From Dudresnaya verticillata (lineage: Eukaryota), in assembly GCA_977862235.1 (NCBI GenBank), contig OZ374566.1, positions 806,001 to 870,000 on the forward strand: a stretch of 64,000 nt of DNA. Direction: 5' to 3'. Of this stretch, positions 25,476-37,749 are shown piece after piece. The first letter of the stretch is position 1. Each line of letters begins with the position of its first letter. The translations under genes were made by a program, and so were the position numbers. The notes under the pieces are model-generated. The model worked only from the letters and a program-made list of their open reading frames with translations, ran no database searches and had not been told where the DNA came from.

Positions 25476-26171
25476 ATGTCGTCATGTCCATGCTTTGCTC
25501 AGCTTCCCACCGTTTTGATCAATCGCCCAAACCCGCTCTTTATCCGGAGCAGATCCGACATCCTGGTCGCTTTTGCTCGCCGCGCGCGATCACCGCACCG
25601 TCGTGCGCTCGTGTCGTGTGCAGAACACATGCAATCTAGCCACATCTCGTCAGACGATCAGCTAGCAGGTATTAGTCCTGAAGACAAGCCGCCTGGCGTC
25701 GCCTCAGATGAAGCGGTTTTGGATTCACTTGCACAGTCTGGGAAGTCGTCGCTGCGCGACATCGGCGGCGCGGTGCAGGACGACTTGGAGTCGGTGTCCG
25801 CGACGACTCAGGAATTCGCGGATGCGATGATTGCAGAGGAGACGCAAGCACTTCTGGCGAAGTTCGACGAAAGCCAGGTGAAGCTGCTGGAGACTGTGAA
25901 CTCGGAGCGGCAGGTCATTGCAAATGAAATAAAGCGCATTGAGGAGCTCACTGAGGAGCTGCGCAACGGGAAGGCAGGCAAGGATGAGCAGTCTCCAAGA
26001 GAAAAGGTTCTTGCTATTGCGAGCGGTTTGTTTTTGATCGCCGCTGTTCTTTATGCTTGGACTGGCTTTGTTGATGGCGATTCCACAGCACTACGAAATG
26101 CTGGACTGGATGCTGTTGCTGCAGCAGCTGCTTTCTTTCTGAGCAACCGAAAGTCACAATCGGATGAGTAA
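25476..26171 (+). CDS. Hypothetical protein, probably plastid-targeted; coiled coil plus two C-terminal hydrophobic segments
   Basis: Transit-peptide-like basic N-terminus, acidic heptad region, hydrophobic VLAIASGLFLIAAVLYAWTGF and AVAAAAAFFL. Confidence 0.7.
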   Translation: MSSCPCFAQLPTVLINRPNPLFIRSRSDILVAFARRARSPHRRALVSCAEHMQSSHISSDDQLAGISPEDKPPGVASDEAVLDSLAQSGKSSLRDIGGAVQDDLESVSATTQEFADAMIAEETQALLAKFDESQVKLLETVNSERQVIANEIKRIEELTEELRNGKAGKDEQSPREKVLAIASGLFLIAAVLYAWTGFVDGDSTALRNAGLDAVAAAAAFFLSNRKSQSDE

Positions 26172-26555
26172 CTTGCTTTTCCCGGCTTAGATACGGAGAT
26201 TTGTTCTGCAGAAGCGACAGGATACTCTGCCTGAGAAGCAAAAGCAAAAACATGTCAATATGAGAATAAGGCGGAACTGTTTCTTTCTTTCTCATGCACG
26301 TCTAGAATCTACATCGGTTTGATGCTGTTGAGTTTACTGAAGACTATGTTTGGCGTCAAATACGAATAACTGCAGTGCTGTTAACAGTTTCGTGTGAAAC
26401 CTCCTCCATGCCACATCGGAACACCTTCGGAATGCACCTTCTCATGCACAAAATCGGCTCTTTGCAAGACTAAGCGCGTGTCGCATGCACAGGGCACTTT
26501 ATATTCCTTGATACGATACATGACGGCGTGGTTTACAAACGATGCAAGGTTAGAA

Positions 26556-27929
26556 TTAGCCCTGGGCACACTGTACTCTCGGTTGGTCGTCCTCATCCTC
26601 ATCATACGCAGTTCCATTGGAGTGGACGGGTCGAATGTGCTCCTGCTCGAAATCGATAAGCGGCACCTCCTCAATCTCCGCATCTCTCGCAACAGCTGGA
26701 AGAGGCGTCCGCGGGCCCAAATACTTCTCCAACATCGCAGCCTCCTGCGGTCCTACGAACGGCGGAAACTTGATGGAGAATTTGATGAACATATAACCTC
26801 TCTCCATCGGATTCTTCCAGGTCGGCATTCCCTCATGGGGAATGCTCTTCACGAGACCTGGAGTGATGACGGCACCGACCGGCGAAGCAACATGCAAAAG
26901 TCGGCCATCGAGCTGCTTGACATAGAAGTCCACGCCACACAAGGCATCAGTGAGGGAGACAGTCTTCTCCAATATGAGGTTGTTATCCTTACGGGTGAAA
27001 GTATCGTGCTCCTGTTGTTTGAGTACAACGACAACGTCACCAGCAACGTAACCGGGGTTCGCGTTCGCCTCACCGGTGAATGTGATCTTCTGACCATTCT
27101 GCATACCCTTATCGACGTACACCTCTAGGACCTTCTTCTCCTTTGACACCTTCTCACCACCGCAAGTCGGACAGCGGTACCTGTCAATGATAATCTCACC
27201 GAGGCCTCTGCAAACTCTGCAGGTGTTCTGCACCTGCTGCACCATGCCGGGGCCAATCTGGTTAAGAGTAACCTGGATGCCACGTCCCTGGCAGGTGGAA
27301 CAAGTTGTGATACCTTCTGGCTTTGTGGCACCCTTACCCTTGCACGTCTGGCAAACACGGTTACGAATGATGGCCAGCTTGCTGGTCTTGCCTTTGTAGA
27401 GGTCCTCGAGAGTGACGCGAAGAGAGTGGACAACGTTTTCTCCCTTGCGGGGACCGCGGGACTGCATGCCACCGCCGCCAAACATAGCCGAGAAGAGGTC
27501 GTGCGCATCAGACGGGCCACCACCATCGCGTAGACCCTCCTCACCATACTCGTCGTACAACTGACGCTTCTCCTCGTCACTTAGAACAGCGAAGGCTGTC
27601 TGAATCTCTTTGAAGCGCTCCTCGTCACCACCCTTGTCCGGATGATGGGTCATTGCAAGCTTACGATACGCCTTCTTGATGACGTTCGGCTGCGCGTCTT
27701 TATCCACGCCCTGTTTACGTTGGTATATTTGAAATGATAAGATGGCAAATACGCTCGTTAGCGGTCACAGACGGTGGTGGCACAACGGAACATGAAGAGA
27801 AACGCTCTGAGGGCAACTTACCAAAATCTCATAGTAGCGGTCATTGTCAACCTTGCGGCGGCGACTGCCCATTCCGCCCATGCCGCCCATGCCACCCATG
27901 CCGTCCATACCAGGGAACCCGCCGAACAT
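26556..27929 (-). CDS. DNAJA: Type I Hsp40 (DNAJA/YDJ1-like); exons 27929-27822, 27710-26556
   Basis: J domain with HPD, G/F region, four CxxCxGxG-type repeats, C-terminal CAQG (CaaX-like). Intron GTAAGT...CAG. Confidence 0.95.
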
Positions 27930-28171
27930 GATGGCGTTAGGTTTTCGTTAGGGTTGCGAACGGGCTTGCGAGGAACACTTGTAGGGGAAAAGAGTGTGTG
28001 GGGATGGGACGATGGGAGGCAGTGGAAAGACCAGAGCGGTGAAAAGTAGGATAGCGAAGTAGCGGGATGTGAAGAATGCCGTTGCTGGACTGCGAACGAA
28101 CGGCGGCTGCGGCGGACGTCGGCGAGAAGCTATGGGTTTCTGGCACGAAGATCAACGTGGCGGGAAGCTGC

Positions 28172-28236
28172 GGAAATTTCCAGAGGCGGCGGCGGTCGAC
28201 AAGAGCCAGTCGTTTCCGCTCGGAAGCTTCTCGAAC
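28172..28236. promoter_or_regulatory. Heat-shock elements upstream of DNAJA
   Basis: Perfect nGAAnnTTCnnGAAn at 28222-28236 (gGAAgcTTCtcGAAc) and near-perfect gGAAatTTCcaGAGg at 28172-28186. Confidence 0.75.
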
Positions 28237-28329
28237 GCGTTGCGCACCTGTCAAGTTTCCATTGGTCCGTTGCGCTGGCAACGGATGCCCTCCAGCAACA
28301 CGCTTTACACGGACAACAGTGAGCTTACA

Positions 28330-29769
28330 CTAAGCGGATAATCGACGCACCAACCCCGCCCCTCCGACGTGTACCGCTCCCGCGTCTTTGTCCCATGCCA
28401 CCCCCACCCGTGCAGCAGGCCCCACAGACCCCGCCCCCACACTCACCTGCCCCACCACGCGCGCTTTCCTCTTCGCGAGGAACAGCTTCACCTCATCGCC
28501 CCCGAACGCACAGCCGAACTCTCCGGCATCGTCGAAACCACAGCCCATCACCCCAGCAACCTCCAGCGTCCCAACCGCAACGCGCTTGCGCAGGTCCCAA
28601 ATCTGCACCTCGTCACCCCGTACCACGCCCATGTAGTACCCCTTCTCGCTCATCACCACGTCCCGGACGATACCCTCGCCGCTGTCAAACCGTCCCACCA
28701 GCTCCATCTCCGCTGCATCCCACATCTCCACGCCGCTCTCCCCAGCAGTGGCAAAGACCATACCATCCGGGTGAACAGCGACGCACCGCATCCCCGTCTT
28801 CCCCCGCCCGCGCGCCACCACACCCTTCCCAGAAGTGATTTGGCGCCAGCTCCACTGACCGTCTTCCTGTCCTACCAGCAGCACGCCGTCCAGTGTGCTT
28901 GCGTCCACGTCGACAACGCCACGCACGTCCGCGCCCCACAGTTCCTTCCAGTCGCTCACATCCAAAATGCACACCCGGTCGCTACCAGCCACCACCACGC
29001 GCAAGTCGTCCAAGCGCCGTACACGCACCACAGCACCTTCAAAGATCTTCTTCGAACCTGCGATGGTGTCCTTCTCAATCCTGTATAACATCCCTGCCCC
29101 ATTCCCAGCAATTAGTACACCAGGCTTAACAAGCACAGCAGCTGTTATCACCCCGTCCACCTCCACACGACCCACCTCCTGGTACGCCCCAACCATGCCA
29201 GGGGTGGGATGCGTTGCCGGCAAAATGCGCAGCTTCCTCTTCGTCTGTAGTTCCGCACATCGCTCTCTTGCCTGTTCGAGCAGGGGCTCGGGCAGCTGGA
29301 CCTTTCCGGCGGCGGAATCTTGCATTGCAGAGCCATTCGCTCCAGTCGCCATTGCCTCACGCCCTTGTCTGAGTTCGTCGTTCTCCTTGCTGAGCCTAGC
29401 GATGACCTTGTCAGCAGACTCGCAGCGGTAGAGTGCAGCAGCAAGCTCGTCGCGGTACTTACCAATTTCGATTCGCGCCTCGTGCAGCTCGAGTGACGAC
29501 GCTTCCCATTGATTGCGCACAAAGTCAAGTGCATCACCAACCGAGCCATGCACGACTGGCGGCACCGTATCAGATGTGCGAACCGGTAGTAGGTCATCCG
29601 TGGTGAGTGGTGTGCCCGTCTCCGGACAACGCCCTCCGTTCGTCGATATTGCCTTCTCGATTAGGCGCCGCTCGAACAAAAGTCCTGACTGCAACGACAC
29701 CACTGGCGACTTCGGCACCTCACCCGATATGGTGCAAACCAAGCCTCTTGGCTTCTGCGCCGTTGGCAT
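28330..29769 (-). CDS. PRP19: Pre-mRNA processing factor 19 (U-box, coiled coil, WD40)
   Basis: U-box CTISGEVPKSPVVS...LFERRLIEK...P.TGTPL; coiled coil QWEASSLE...ELAAALY...KVIARL; WD40 repeats (HPDGMVF, IWDLRK). Confidence 0.9.
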   Translation of the reverse strand: MPTAQKPRGLVCTISGEVPKSPVVSLQSGLLFERRLIEKAISTNGGRCPETGTPLTTDDLLPVRTSDTVPPVVHGSVGDALDFVRNQWEASSLELHEARIEIGKYRDELAAALYRCESADKVIARLSKENDELRQGREAMATGANGSAMQDSAAGKVQLPEPLLEQARERCAELQTKRKLRILPATHPTPGMVGAYQEVGRVEVDGVITAAVLVKPGVLIAGNGAGMLYRIEKDTIAGSKKIFEGAVVRVRRLDDLRVVVAGSDRVCILDVSDWKELWGADVRGVVDVDASTLDGVLLVGQEDGQWSWRQITSGKGVVARGRGKTGMRCVAVHPDGMVFATAGESGVEMWDAAEMELVGRFDSGEGIVRDVVMSEKGYYMGVVRGDEVQIWDLRKRVAVGTLEVAGVMGCGFDDAGEFGCAFGGDEVKLFLAKRKARVVGQVSVGAGSVGPAARVGVAWDKDAGAVHVGGAGLVRRLSA

Positions 29770-32700
29770 CTTGAATGAACGAGGAGACGGAGCCTTCGAT
29801 CGCTGGTACGGCTGATACGCTGAAGATGGCGCTGTGCGGCACTGCCTCCTTTGCGAAGCCCGGTACAGGTTGTAGCACTCAGATTGTCAAGCTATAGACT
29901 CGCACGAACCGCTCAGCATGCATTCAAGAGTTCAAAGAAAGCTTCGGAGAGCGAGCGAGGTAAACAATGGGCGGAGCAATCGAGATGGAAGGGCGGTGGG
30001 AATGCTCACTTCCCGCGTTAAATTCGGGATCAAATTCTTTGAATCAAAAGACCTTCGAGAGCATGACATGACCGACGAACCCCTTGATAAATCACGCGAG
30101 TCTTTGCCTGGCTCCCCGACGACAAATGACTCCACAAACTTCGAAGGTCCTTCCCTCCTTCCGCAAACAAAATACCCCACAGCGCTGTGATTCAGCGCAT
30201 GTCCGCAGTGGCTGCCTTGATTCCTCTAATATCGGGCGAAGAGGTGCCTCCTATTGTTAGCGGTTCAAGCTGGAATATCGAAAATGCGCCTCGATGCATT
30301 CCAGTTTACCACATGAGACATGCGTTGCTTCGGAACTTGCTAAAGTTCTGTGCAAGTAGAAGTCTTCGACTTCTCTGAGAGCACAATAGGTAACTCTTCT
30401 CTGCTTCCCATGAAAATAAAAATGGCGTTTCCGGTCACTGCCACCTATTGCTTGGCTGTGGTTAATAAAAGAAGGCCTCGCTCTGCTTGTTTCTCTAACA
30501 TTGTCACCTGACCTGACTGACCATGGAGATAACGGTCTCGGGGGCTTGTTTCCTCCCAACTATCCTCTCCCTCCTTCTCCAGGTGATAACATATACAAAT
30601 ACGATTTTATCTGACCAGCGTATGCCACACTTCCGTTCGCTTCGAAACCTTTATTCTTCGGCATGAAGGATCTGAAAAAGTCTAGCCCTCCCGAAGTAGT
30701 CAACCTGGCAGGTTTTTTTGTAATGTCGAAGCTGCCTTTGTCTGAAAGCCTTCAATGTCTGCAACAGTTTGCTCCTTTTTTGCTCAAAGGTGTTCTGCAT
30801 CTCTATAATAAGCTTCTGGGCAACTTAAACTTCCAAATCCTTCCGCTAAGGACGATAGAAACATCTATTGCACATCTGCATTAGCTAGCATCAGCAAATT
30901 ATGAGGCCAGCCACGCTGTCGGCTCGCTCATTTTTCACTTGATTCCTACTTTAATAACAACGCTGGGAAACTTTTGCAGATCTACAAACTTCTTCTAGCT
31001 CGTTTGCTGGAGTGAACTGCGCTTTTTGGAATCCATTTCTCCACATCGTTGGTCCTGTTGCAACGACTTGCGGCGCACAGCTGGCTCCGCCGCAAAGCAC
31101 AGCAAGGAAACTATTTTGCCAATGCAACAATCTTTCAGTCTCTCCCTTCTGAATCAAGCCTTGATTATATTGATGACACGAGCACTGAAAAGATCGTCTC
31201 ATTCTGGGAAGCTTTTAGGTGTTTGCTACCACAGAATTTATTGGACAAGAAGCCTGCCGCACGGCGCCAACCATGCAAGCACTACCCCAAAAGTTTCTTC
31301 TCAACCAGCAATGACAACGAAGCTTTGCGCGACAGAGGGAAACCTGATTGCACAGACATGGCAAAGGCACTTAGGAGCTAACAAAAGGTATTACCGCCCT
31401 AGGTCTGCCAGCATTAGATCGGATAGGACCTGTCCTAATCTGGAAATCCAGCATCTGCCTGTCTGGTTGCGAGACCGCCATATACCAAAGCAGATAATTC
31501 TAGAGTAATGAGCAGCGTAATGCGCGTTAGGTGTGAAGTGCGTTAGAGCTCCTTGTTAATTCCTCCCATCTCGAAGCGCCATGGTGATGGGGCTCCAATA
31601 TTTTCCATGTATTCTGTGGCTTGTTTCAAGATACCGTTTCGTCGGAGAAATATACTTCGAAACTCCATACTTATGCGCATGCTGCATGCGCAGGCATTGT
31701 TGGAAGTAGAACTTGCCCTCGCCAGTCAGACATATGTCACAGGTGGTCAGTTCAGTCCCATTATATCTTTTCCAAAAGCGAAGATGCGTCGAGCCAGGCA
31801 AATGTGCATATTGCGCTGAGTCAACGTTCTTGATCTCCTTTTCACTTCAAGTGAATGCTGGTCCTTTTCTGAGAGAGTACTTCAGAACAGCGTGTTGCAG
31901 TTGTGATGATGATGATGTGTTGTAGAGCAGCTTATCGGGGGTGGTTTTAATTATGTTTTTGCACCATAAAACGTCTTAAGCTCATGAGCTAGGAATACTT
32001 CAACCTCACAAGCCCCAATTAATGTCTTTGTATAGTCCCGGGTGCTTTTTCAAGAAGGGTACAAGCTCCGTTCCGTTGCACTTCATTTCGGGCATTAAAA
32101 CCATGGCGCCAAAGGGACCTGTTTTCGGACGTTTTATGACTTGCTCTATTCTGTGGCCATGGCGTACAAATAATTTGTGTATAAAGGCCACTTATCCTCG
32201 CTTTGTAGACTACTCTCCAGCTTCGCACGTGCACGCACCCGTGGGACTCGATCCCACGACCTCCATGGTAGACCAAGCAAAAAGAAACCACTAAGCTCTT
32301 GCCACTGCAATGCGGATTTGTTTGGTGTAGTGTTGTGATGCTCCCTAGATAAGATGCTACCTCAGTAGGTATCTACAGCTTCTGAAGATTGCCTAGGGAC
32401 TGCGAGGGAGCCGCATCATCCACATAGGTATTTTACATAGAAGCAAGAGTGTTCCCCAGTGTAGAGAACGGTTCAATAATTCAATACGGAATGCTTCATG
32501 CCCTTCCCTGCCGGTAACTGATTTCAGCCATACTCATGAGGTTCTACTTAGCTTGGCTGTTGCTTCTATGCAGCCCAAAAACTATGAAAACAAAACAAAG
32601 AAAATGTTCTGCTGTGCAAAAGCATTCAGTGCAGAATGATACCTTTCATGCATAACCATACTAAGGAAAGCGACAAAACCTGTCATTGGTTCTGGAGGAT

Positions 32701-35157
32701 CTGAGATTCTGGAGTTTCAGCATACCTACCGTAGTAACGTGATATCTTCTTCAGTGGTTAGATTGCTGTCAACTGGGAACAGCAGTCGTCAGAAATCGTT
32801 TGAAGAAAAAGTCTCAGCTCGCAAGAGCTAGTACTTGTACCTGTACGAAGTGTACGAAGGCATGTAGCACACACAATGGAGATCAAAACATGATGGCAAA
32901 CATGCTGGCGTTCCAAGCTGGGAGCCTCCGATCATCGCCGTACTTGGTGAATCACTCGAATCAAAGTTTGCCTGTCGCCTGGTGAGGCTCACCCACTGCC
33001 TGCCTCGCTAGCACAGCCCACTCATCTTGCGTTGCAAAGTTCGCTTACGAGTCCATAGCTCTAGAAATCTGACACTGGCGGTCTCAGCAATGCATGACGG
33101 CCTCTGATTAGCGTAAGGGGTCGCTTGTATTGCGGCGTGCAAATACGGACTGCGGAACATATCCTCGCATCGCCAAATCAAAAAGCCTCGAACAAGCGGA
33201 ACTGGCAGAACAACCTCTCACGTACTGAGCAGACAGGTAGGCCTATCAGGGAAAGTAGCAACTGTAAACATGCTAATATCTGCTTTTTGCGCTTCTTACC
33301 CTCGATGTATGCGCTTCTATCAACTGAGATACCTAGCGTACCGCTCTCACCTACGTCCTTCTGGTCCTCAACGTTGGAGAAAAACCAAGTCAATAAAGCA
33401 CTGTCCAATGACTGTAACTGCCCTGCAAGTCTTATTGCCAACTGCCATGCATTTATATGCGCATGTCTTTTAAGGCAAATGTAGGGAGCGCATTTTTGCT
33501 ATCATCAGAAGGGCCGTCCTTGTGTGTTCTTGCCGACCCAGCGTCCTCCAGAAGCCATGCACGGGACTTCCACAAGAACTGTTCACGCTGCTGTAGTACA
33601 GAACTTTTCCACATGAAGACTGCAAAGACACCTTCCGGCTATTACTACGGAGCAAGAGATGCTTGCATCCTAGAAGACTATTCTTTTATTCGGATTCTGA
33701 AGCACATCATACAGGCGTTTCGGAGTGTTTGTGCGTTCTCTTCAAATGCTTGTGCTACTGTATGGTACAGCTTTCCCAACAGAAGGTTAAACTTTGTTTC
33801 AAAGGTCAAATCTCCTTAAAGTTCTCATATCGCAACATTGCATTGCAATTTAAGGTGTATTGGTCTAGTAGGTCATAAAAGACTAAGCAGTCCAGTGCTA
33901 GCGGGGCAAAAAACGCAAGACTGGACAACATGTTGAACTGGTGCCAGCGATATCACCATCCTCGCTTAGTCTTTTCGTGTCTAGTGTCTAGTCATTCTGT
34001 CTACATGTGCCTCTCAAGCGGAGAGAACTGTGGCACTGAGCCAGAACTGGAGCAGAAAGCACTTGCTTGTGCTGGAGCGCGCATGCATTGGCGCCACATC
34101 ACCCCTTGTCCAAGATCGTTTGGCCTATCCTGGGAAAGTGTGTATCAGAGAATTCTGCTGAACGCATATTTAGGCACTTCAAAAAGTCACTCTCGGGCCT
34201 GGCTGATTCCGACTAGGGCGGCCACAAAAGGGCTTTGGAACAGAGCCTTATTCTGGAATGAAGTCAATAGTATTTTGCAGCTTCTGTTGGAGATCATCCC
34301 CATCGATTCGAATCTTGCGCAACGTACAAGAAGTCTTCTTTGAAGGGTTTTCACAGCCAGGGAGGTGCTTGGCTCCAAACAACACTAGCTCAGTCAAATG
34401 AGGAAAGTGGGATAACATCTGTCTATTTTTCACACATCTGACGTCGTCACCCTGTCATGTTGTGCACTTCACATCCTTGTGCCGAACACGAACACGTTCC
34501 AGTCATTGATGCTGGAAAGACGCTCCGTGGGACGTAAACTTGTAGCAAACGTAGCCTCCCACTTGGATGACGTTACTATCAATTCAAGCCCAGTCGCAGT
34601 GTGTTCGCTTAGAATTGCAAGCGTTGGCAGCGGCATTTGGAGCAGCTTGGTCGCCGCCAATGCCCATCACGACGCCTGCAGATGGCGGCACCACGTTCCG
34701 AGGCGACAGAAACGCGGCATCCCAGCGGCACTGAAAGAAGTACAGCGACGCAGATCCTAATTAGGGTGTGCAACAATCCTTAACACGCCCAACTGCTGCT
34801 AACCACCATTCGTCTTCAAACTGATGTGATGCAAGGTAGAAAAAGACTCCATTTAGAAAACTGATGCTTCTAAAGGCGCTTGCTGAGGCCATAATTGACG
34901 TCTCTGCCAGCAGTTTTCAACCGTCACCCACCCAAGATATCCCTGTCTCTTGAAAGGTCAACACCTCAGATCCGCATTGAGTAATACCTACTCTCAGCTC
35001 CAAAAAAGCGCCACAGCATGACACGATATTGGGTGACCAGGCGAGGCCGCCCAGAACCCATTGGGCGATTCGACACGAAAACGTATCAAGATGTCAGGCC
35101 TTCTTGGTCTCAGTGTTTTTGTAGTTTTCGCGCCTGTCTTGCTTAGCTTCACTGGGG

Positions 35158-35164
35158 TATAAAA
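35158..35164 (+). promoter_or_regulatory. TATA box (TATAAAA) upstream of the secreted peptide gene
   Basis: Canonical TATAAAA 112 nt upstream of ATG 35270. Confidence 0.55.
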
Positions 35165-35269
35165 GGCGGACGCATGGTTCGTATTCGTCGCGATGAACCC
35201 CCATCAGCAACCAAGCCCTGAAGCTCTTTGACAATTGCAATCGTTGGAGTCCAAGCGGAATCCTCCAAG

Positions 35270-35548
35270 ATGTACAAGTTCGTCTTCCTTGTCCTCCTTC
35301 TTGTTGCTCTCGCCACGGCTGTCACTCCGAATATTGACGATGATATGGATGCCGTTCTCGCCCGCACCGGCGGTAGCCGTTGCCCGGACAAGTGCCGCCG
35401 CGGTCGTGGCCGTACTCGCCGCCAGTGCCGCCGCAGCGCTCGCCGCAGGAAGTTCTGTACTGTCAAGCGCTGCACCAAGAAGAACGGTAGGAGGGGCTTC
35501 GAGTGCACCACCAAGGACCCTATTGTCACTCCGGAGGCTGATGCCTAA
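35270..35548 (+). CDS. Secreted cysteine-rich, highly cationic peptide precursor (92 aa), defensin/AMP-like layout
   Basis: Signal peptide MYKFVFLVLLLVALATA, acidic pro-segment NIDDDMDAVLAR, 6-Cys Arg/Lys-rich core, acidic tail DPIVTPEADA. aagATG context and C-ending codon bias. Confidence 0.8.
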   Translation: MYKFVFLVLLLVALATAVTPNIDDDMDAVLARTGGSRCPDKCRRGRGRTRRQCRRSARRRKFCTVKRCTKKNGRRGFECTTKDPIVTPEADA

Positions 35549-36699
35549 GTTTAGTGTACTCTAAACATCGCCAGGCTGAAGCTTCGAATGGGCTGGGAGG
35601 TTGCGAATGAATGCCGGGCCGAATCGACTCTTCAAAGTTCTCGGTGTCGCTATGCGCATCTGTAAGCATCTCGTTTTGAACATCTCTTTGGTTGCGGACT
35701 AGTAGAATAAGTAAAGGCTTCGTCTTCGATTGCCCACGTCTGTGGGCAATTTCAATATGCTATGAAATGTCTCTACTTTCATTATCCTAACGGATATCGA
35801 TATGCTAGCGGCTTATGAATATTCTAGCTGTGTGGCGCCGAACATGGAGACGGTCGTAGTAGAGTCCGCTGTAGACAACGCTTGCCTGGATACGTTTTCC
35901 TGAGCTGTGTCATTCCACTCCCTAGCTCTGCCCGTAGCCAGCACAGATGTATTCTAAGAGTGCCCATTTTGCGGCTGTTTTGACTTGTCCCCCAAAACTG
36001 AGTCGCTACGTTGGGGAGGAATCCTGCACGGCGACGCATTCTTGGAAGAGGTTAGTGGTACCCCGCGGAGCTCCGACGGCCACGGCTTCGACAAGCAATG
36101 CTGTCGCGTATGTGTCAACCAGGCCATAACTAGGCTCGGAATCGAGATGCTATACTGAAGGAGGGCTAAACACTAAGACCTCATCTGCTTGGCCGTACCG
36201 ACGTCGTTTTCTTATATCTTCACAACCCAGTGAGCATGACTGCTACTTCCGGGGTGCTTTTCCCATGGGTATTTGATGATGTCTTCCGCGCGAGACATGC
36301 AGCGGGTCTTTTCGATGCAATAGGATTTTGATGCTGTTCGCAATGGACGAGGAAGTGTCTGCCGACATGCTTCCGGAACAGCAGGTGGCTGTTGAGGGGG
36401 GCCGGCGGGGATAGATGGAGAGGGATCAAATTCGAGGAAGGACGTTCAGAAAAAAAATCTGGTGAAATCTGGGCGCGCGGACACCAACACGCGCAGCAGC
36501 TGACGTTCGTCTCGGTGTACAGATCGGCCCTTTCCTTGCGGCATTGTCCTACTGGCTCCAGCTATGAAACACAACCCGCGAACTTCTCCGCCTCTCCCAT
36601 CCGCGCTCTCTGTGCTTGCTCCAGTTCGTACTGCACCACCGTCGCAGCTTTCGCTTTGTCCCGCCTCTCTGCCAGCTAGGGCCCCGTCCCAAACCAGAT

Positions 36700-37749
36700 A
36701 TGAGCGACAAGGAGCATGTCGAAGCGGTCATCCGTGTCGTGGCCAATCGGTGCAGGAACCTCCGAAAGGTCATCGACCGCGCACGTGCACTCGAGGCCGC
36801 CGAGGCCGAGGGCCAGCCGCTCAGAGACGAGCAGCGGGACAGCGTGCGCGACATAGGTCGCAAGGAGGCCTTGCTTGCGGAGCTCTTGGAGATCTTCAAG
36901 AAACAGACTGCCGTCGTTGAGCCGCCTGCACCGGAGGTCCCCAAGCTCAGCAGACGTGCCGCCAAAGCCGCACGTGCAAAGGCCAGAGACAAGGGGGCGA
37001 AAAGCGCCTCAGAGAAGGGAAGTGAAGAAGGGGAGCGTCCAGAGAAGGAAGTTGAGGTTGAATCTGGAAACGACGGCGGTAGTGAGCGTGCGGTTGATCC
37101 TGCGGTTGATCCTCCGGTTGATCCTCCGGTTGGGAATGGAGATGTCGTTGCATTGAAGGAACTTGAGGCTCTTTCTACCAAGATGGAGCAGGTTGAGAAG
37201 GAGCGCAATGGCCTCGTTAAAGAGCTTTCGGATCTGAAGCTAGCGCAACATCAGCAGCTTGCAGAGGATCAGAAGGAGACGGTCAGAGAGGTTCTCAACT
37301 TGTTTCATATTGTCGACTTCCTCCGTCAGAGTGGCTCAAGGGAAGCGTTGCTTGGCTACTACGATAATCCGAATGCAAAGCCGGCTTTGCGAGTGCTCAA
37401 CGGACTGCATTTGGACTTGCTCTGTTACTTTAATATCATGCTAACTACACCGAACGGCAACGTACCACATCACGAGGCTGTCGACGTTTCTACAGCTCAC
37501 TGCTTGGAGTTCTTGCGCAAGTCGATGGCGCAGGCATTTGAAGGAACTTCATATGCCTCGCTTGGTGAGATTGTCAAAGTCATCGCTTCATGTCCTATTC
37601 TCACAGAACGCGGAGAACTCGATCAGTCGCTTAGACTAAATGGTGGAGCGAGCATGGCGAGCGAGTCGAAGAACAGATCTAATGGGGGAGCTCTCACTGA
37701 GCCAAGCCATATCGTTGACGATCCCGTAGCTGACGATAGTCTGCCATAA
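36700..37749 (+). CDS. Caprin-like (HR1-type) coiled-coil protein
   Basis: The N-terminus VIRVVANRCRNLRK...GQPLRDEQ...ELLEI resembles the caprin pattern KKxRNLxKK...GxxLNxDQ. A helical domain follows (VLNLFHIVDFL...STAHCLEFL). Confidence 0.65.
   Translation: MSDKEHVEAVIRVVANRCRNLRKVIDRARALEAAEAEGQPLRDEQRDSVRDIGRKEALLAELLEIFKKQTAVVEPPAPEVPKLSRRAAKAARAKARDKGAKSASEKGSEEGERPEKEVEVESGNDGGSERAVDPAVDPPVDPPVGNGDVVALKELEALSTKMEQVEKERNGLVKELSDLKLAQHQQLAEDQKETVREVLNLFHIVDFLRQSGSREALLGYYDNPNAKPALRVLNGLHLDLLCYFNIMLTTPNGNVPHHEAVDVSTAHCLEFLRKSMAQAFEGTSYASLGEIVKVIASCPILTERGELDQSLRLNGGASMASESKNRSNGGALTEPSHIVDDPVADDSLP
37090..37131 (+). repeat. In-frame 12-bp tandem repeat ((g/c)cggttgatcct x3.5; AVDP/PVDP)
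   Basis: Read directly from the sequence. Confidence 0.85.

Noticed and set aside
26394..29431. Long plus-strand ORFs antisense to DNAJA and PRP19
   Set aside because: Shadow ORFs produced by codon bias of the real minus-strand genes.
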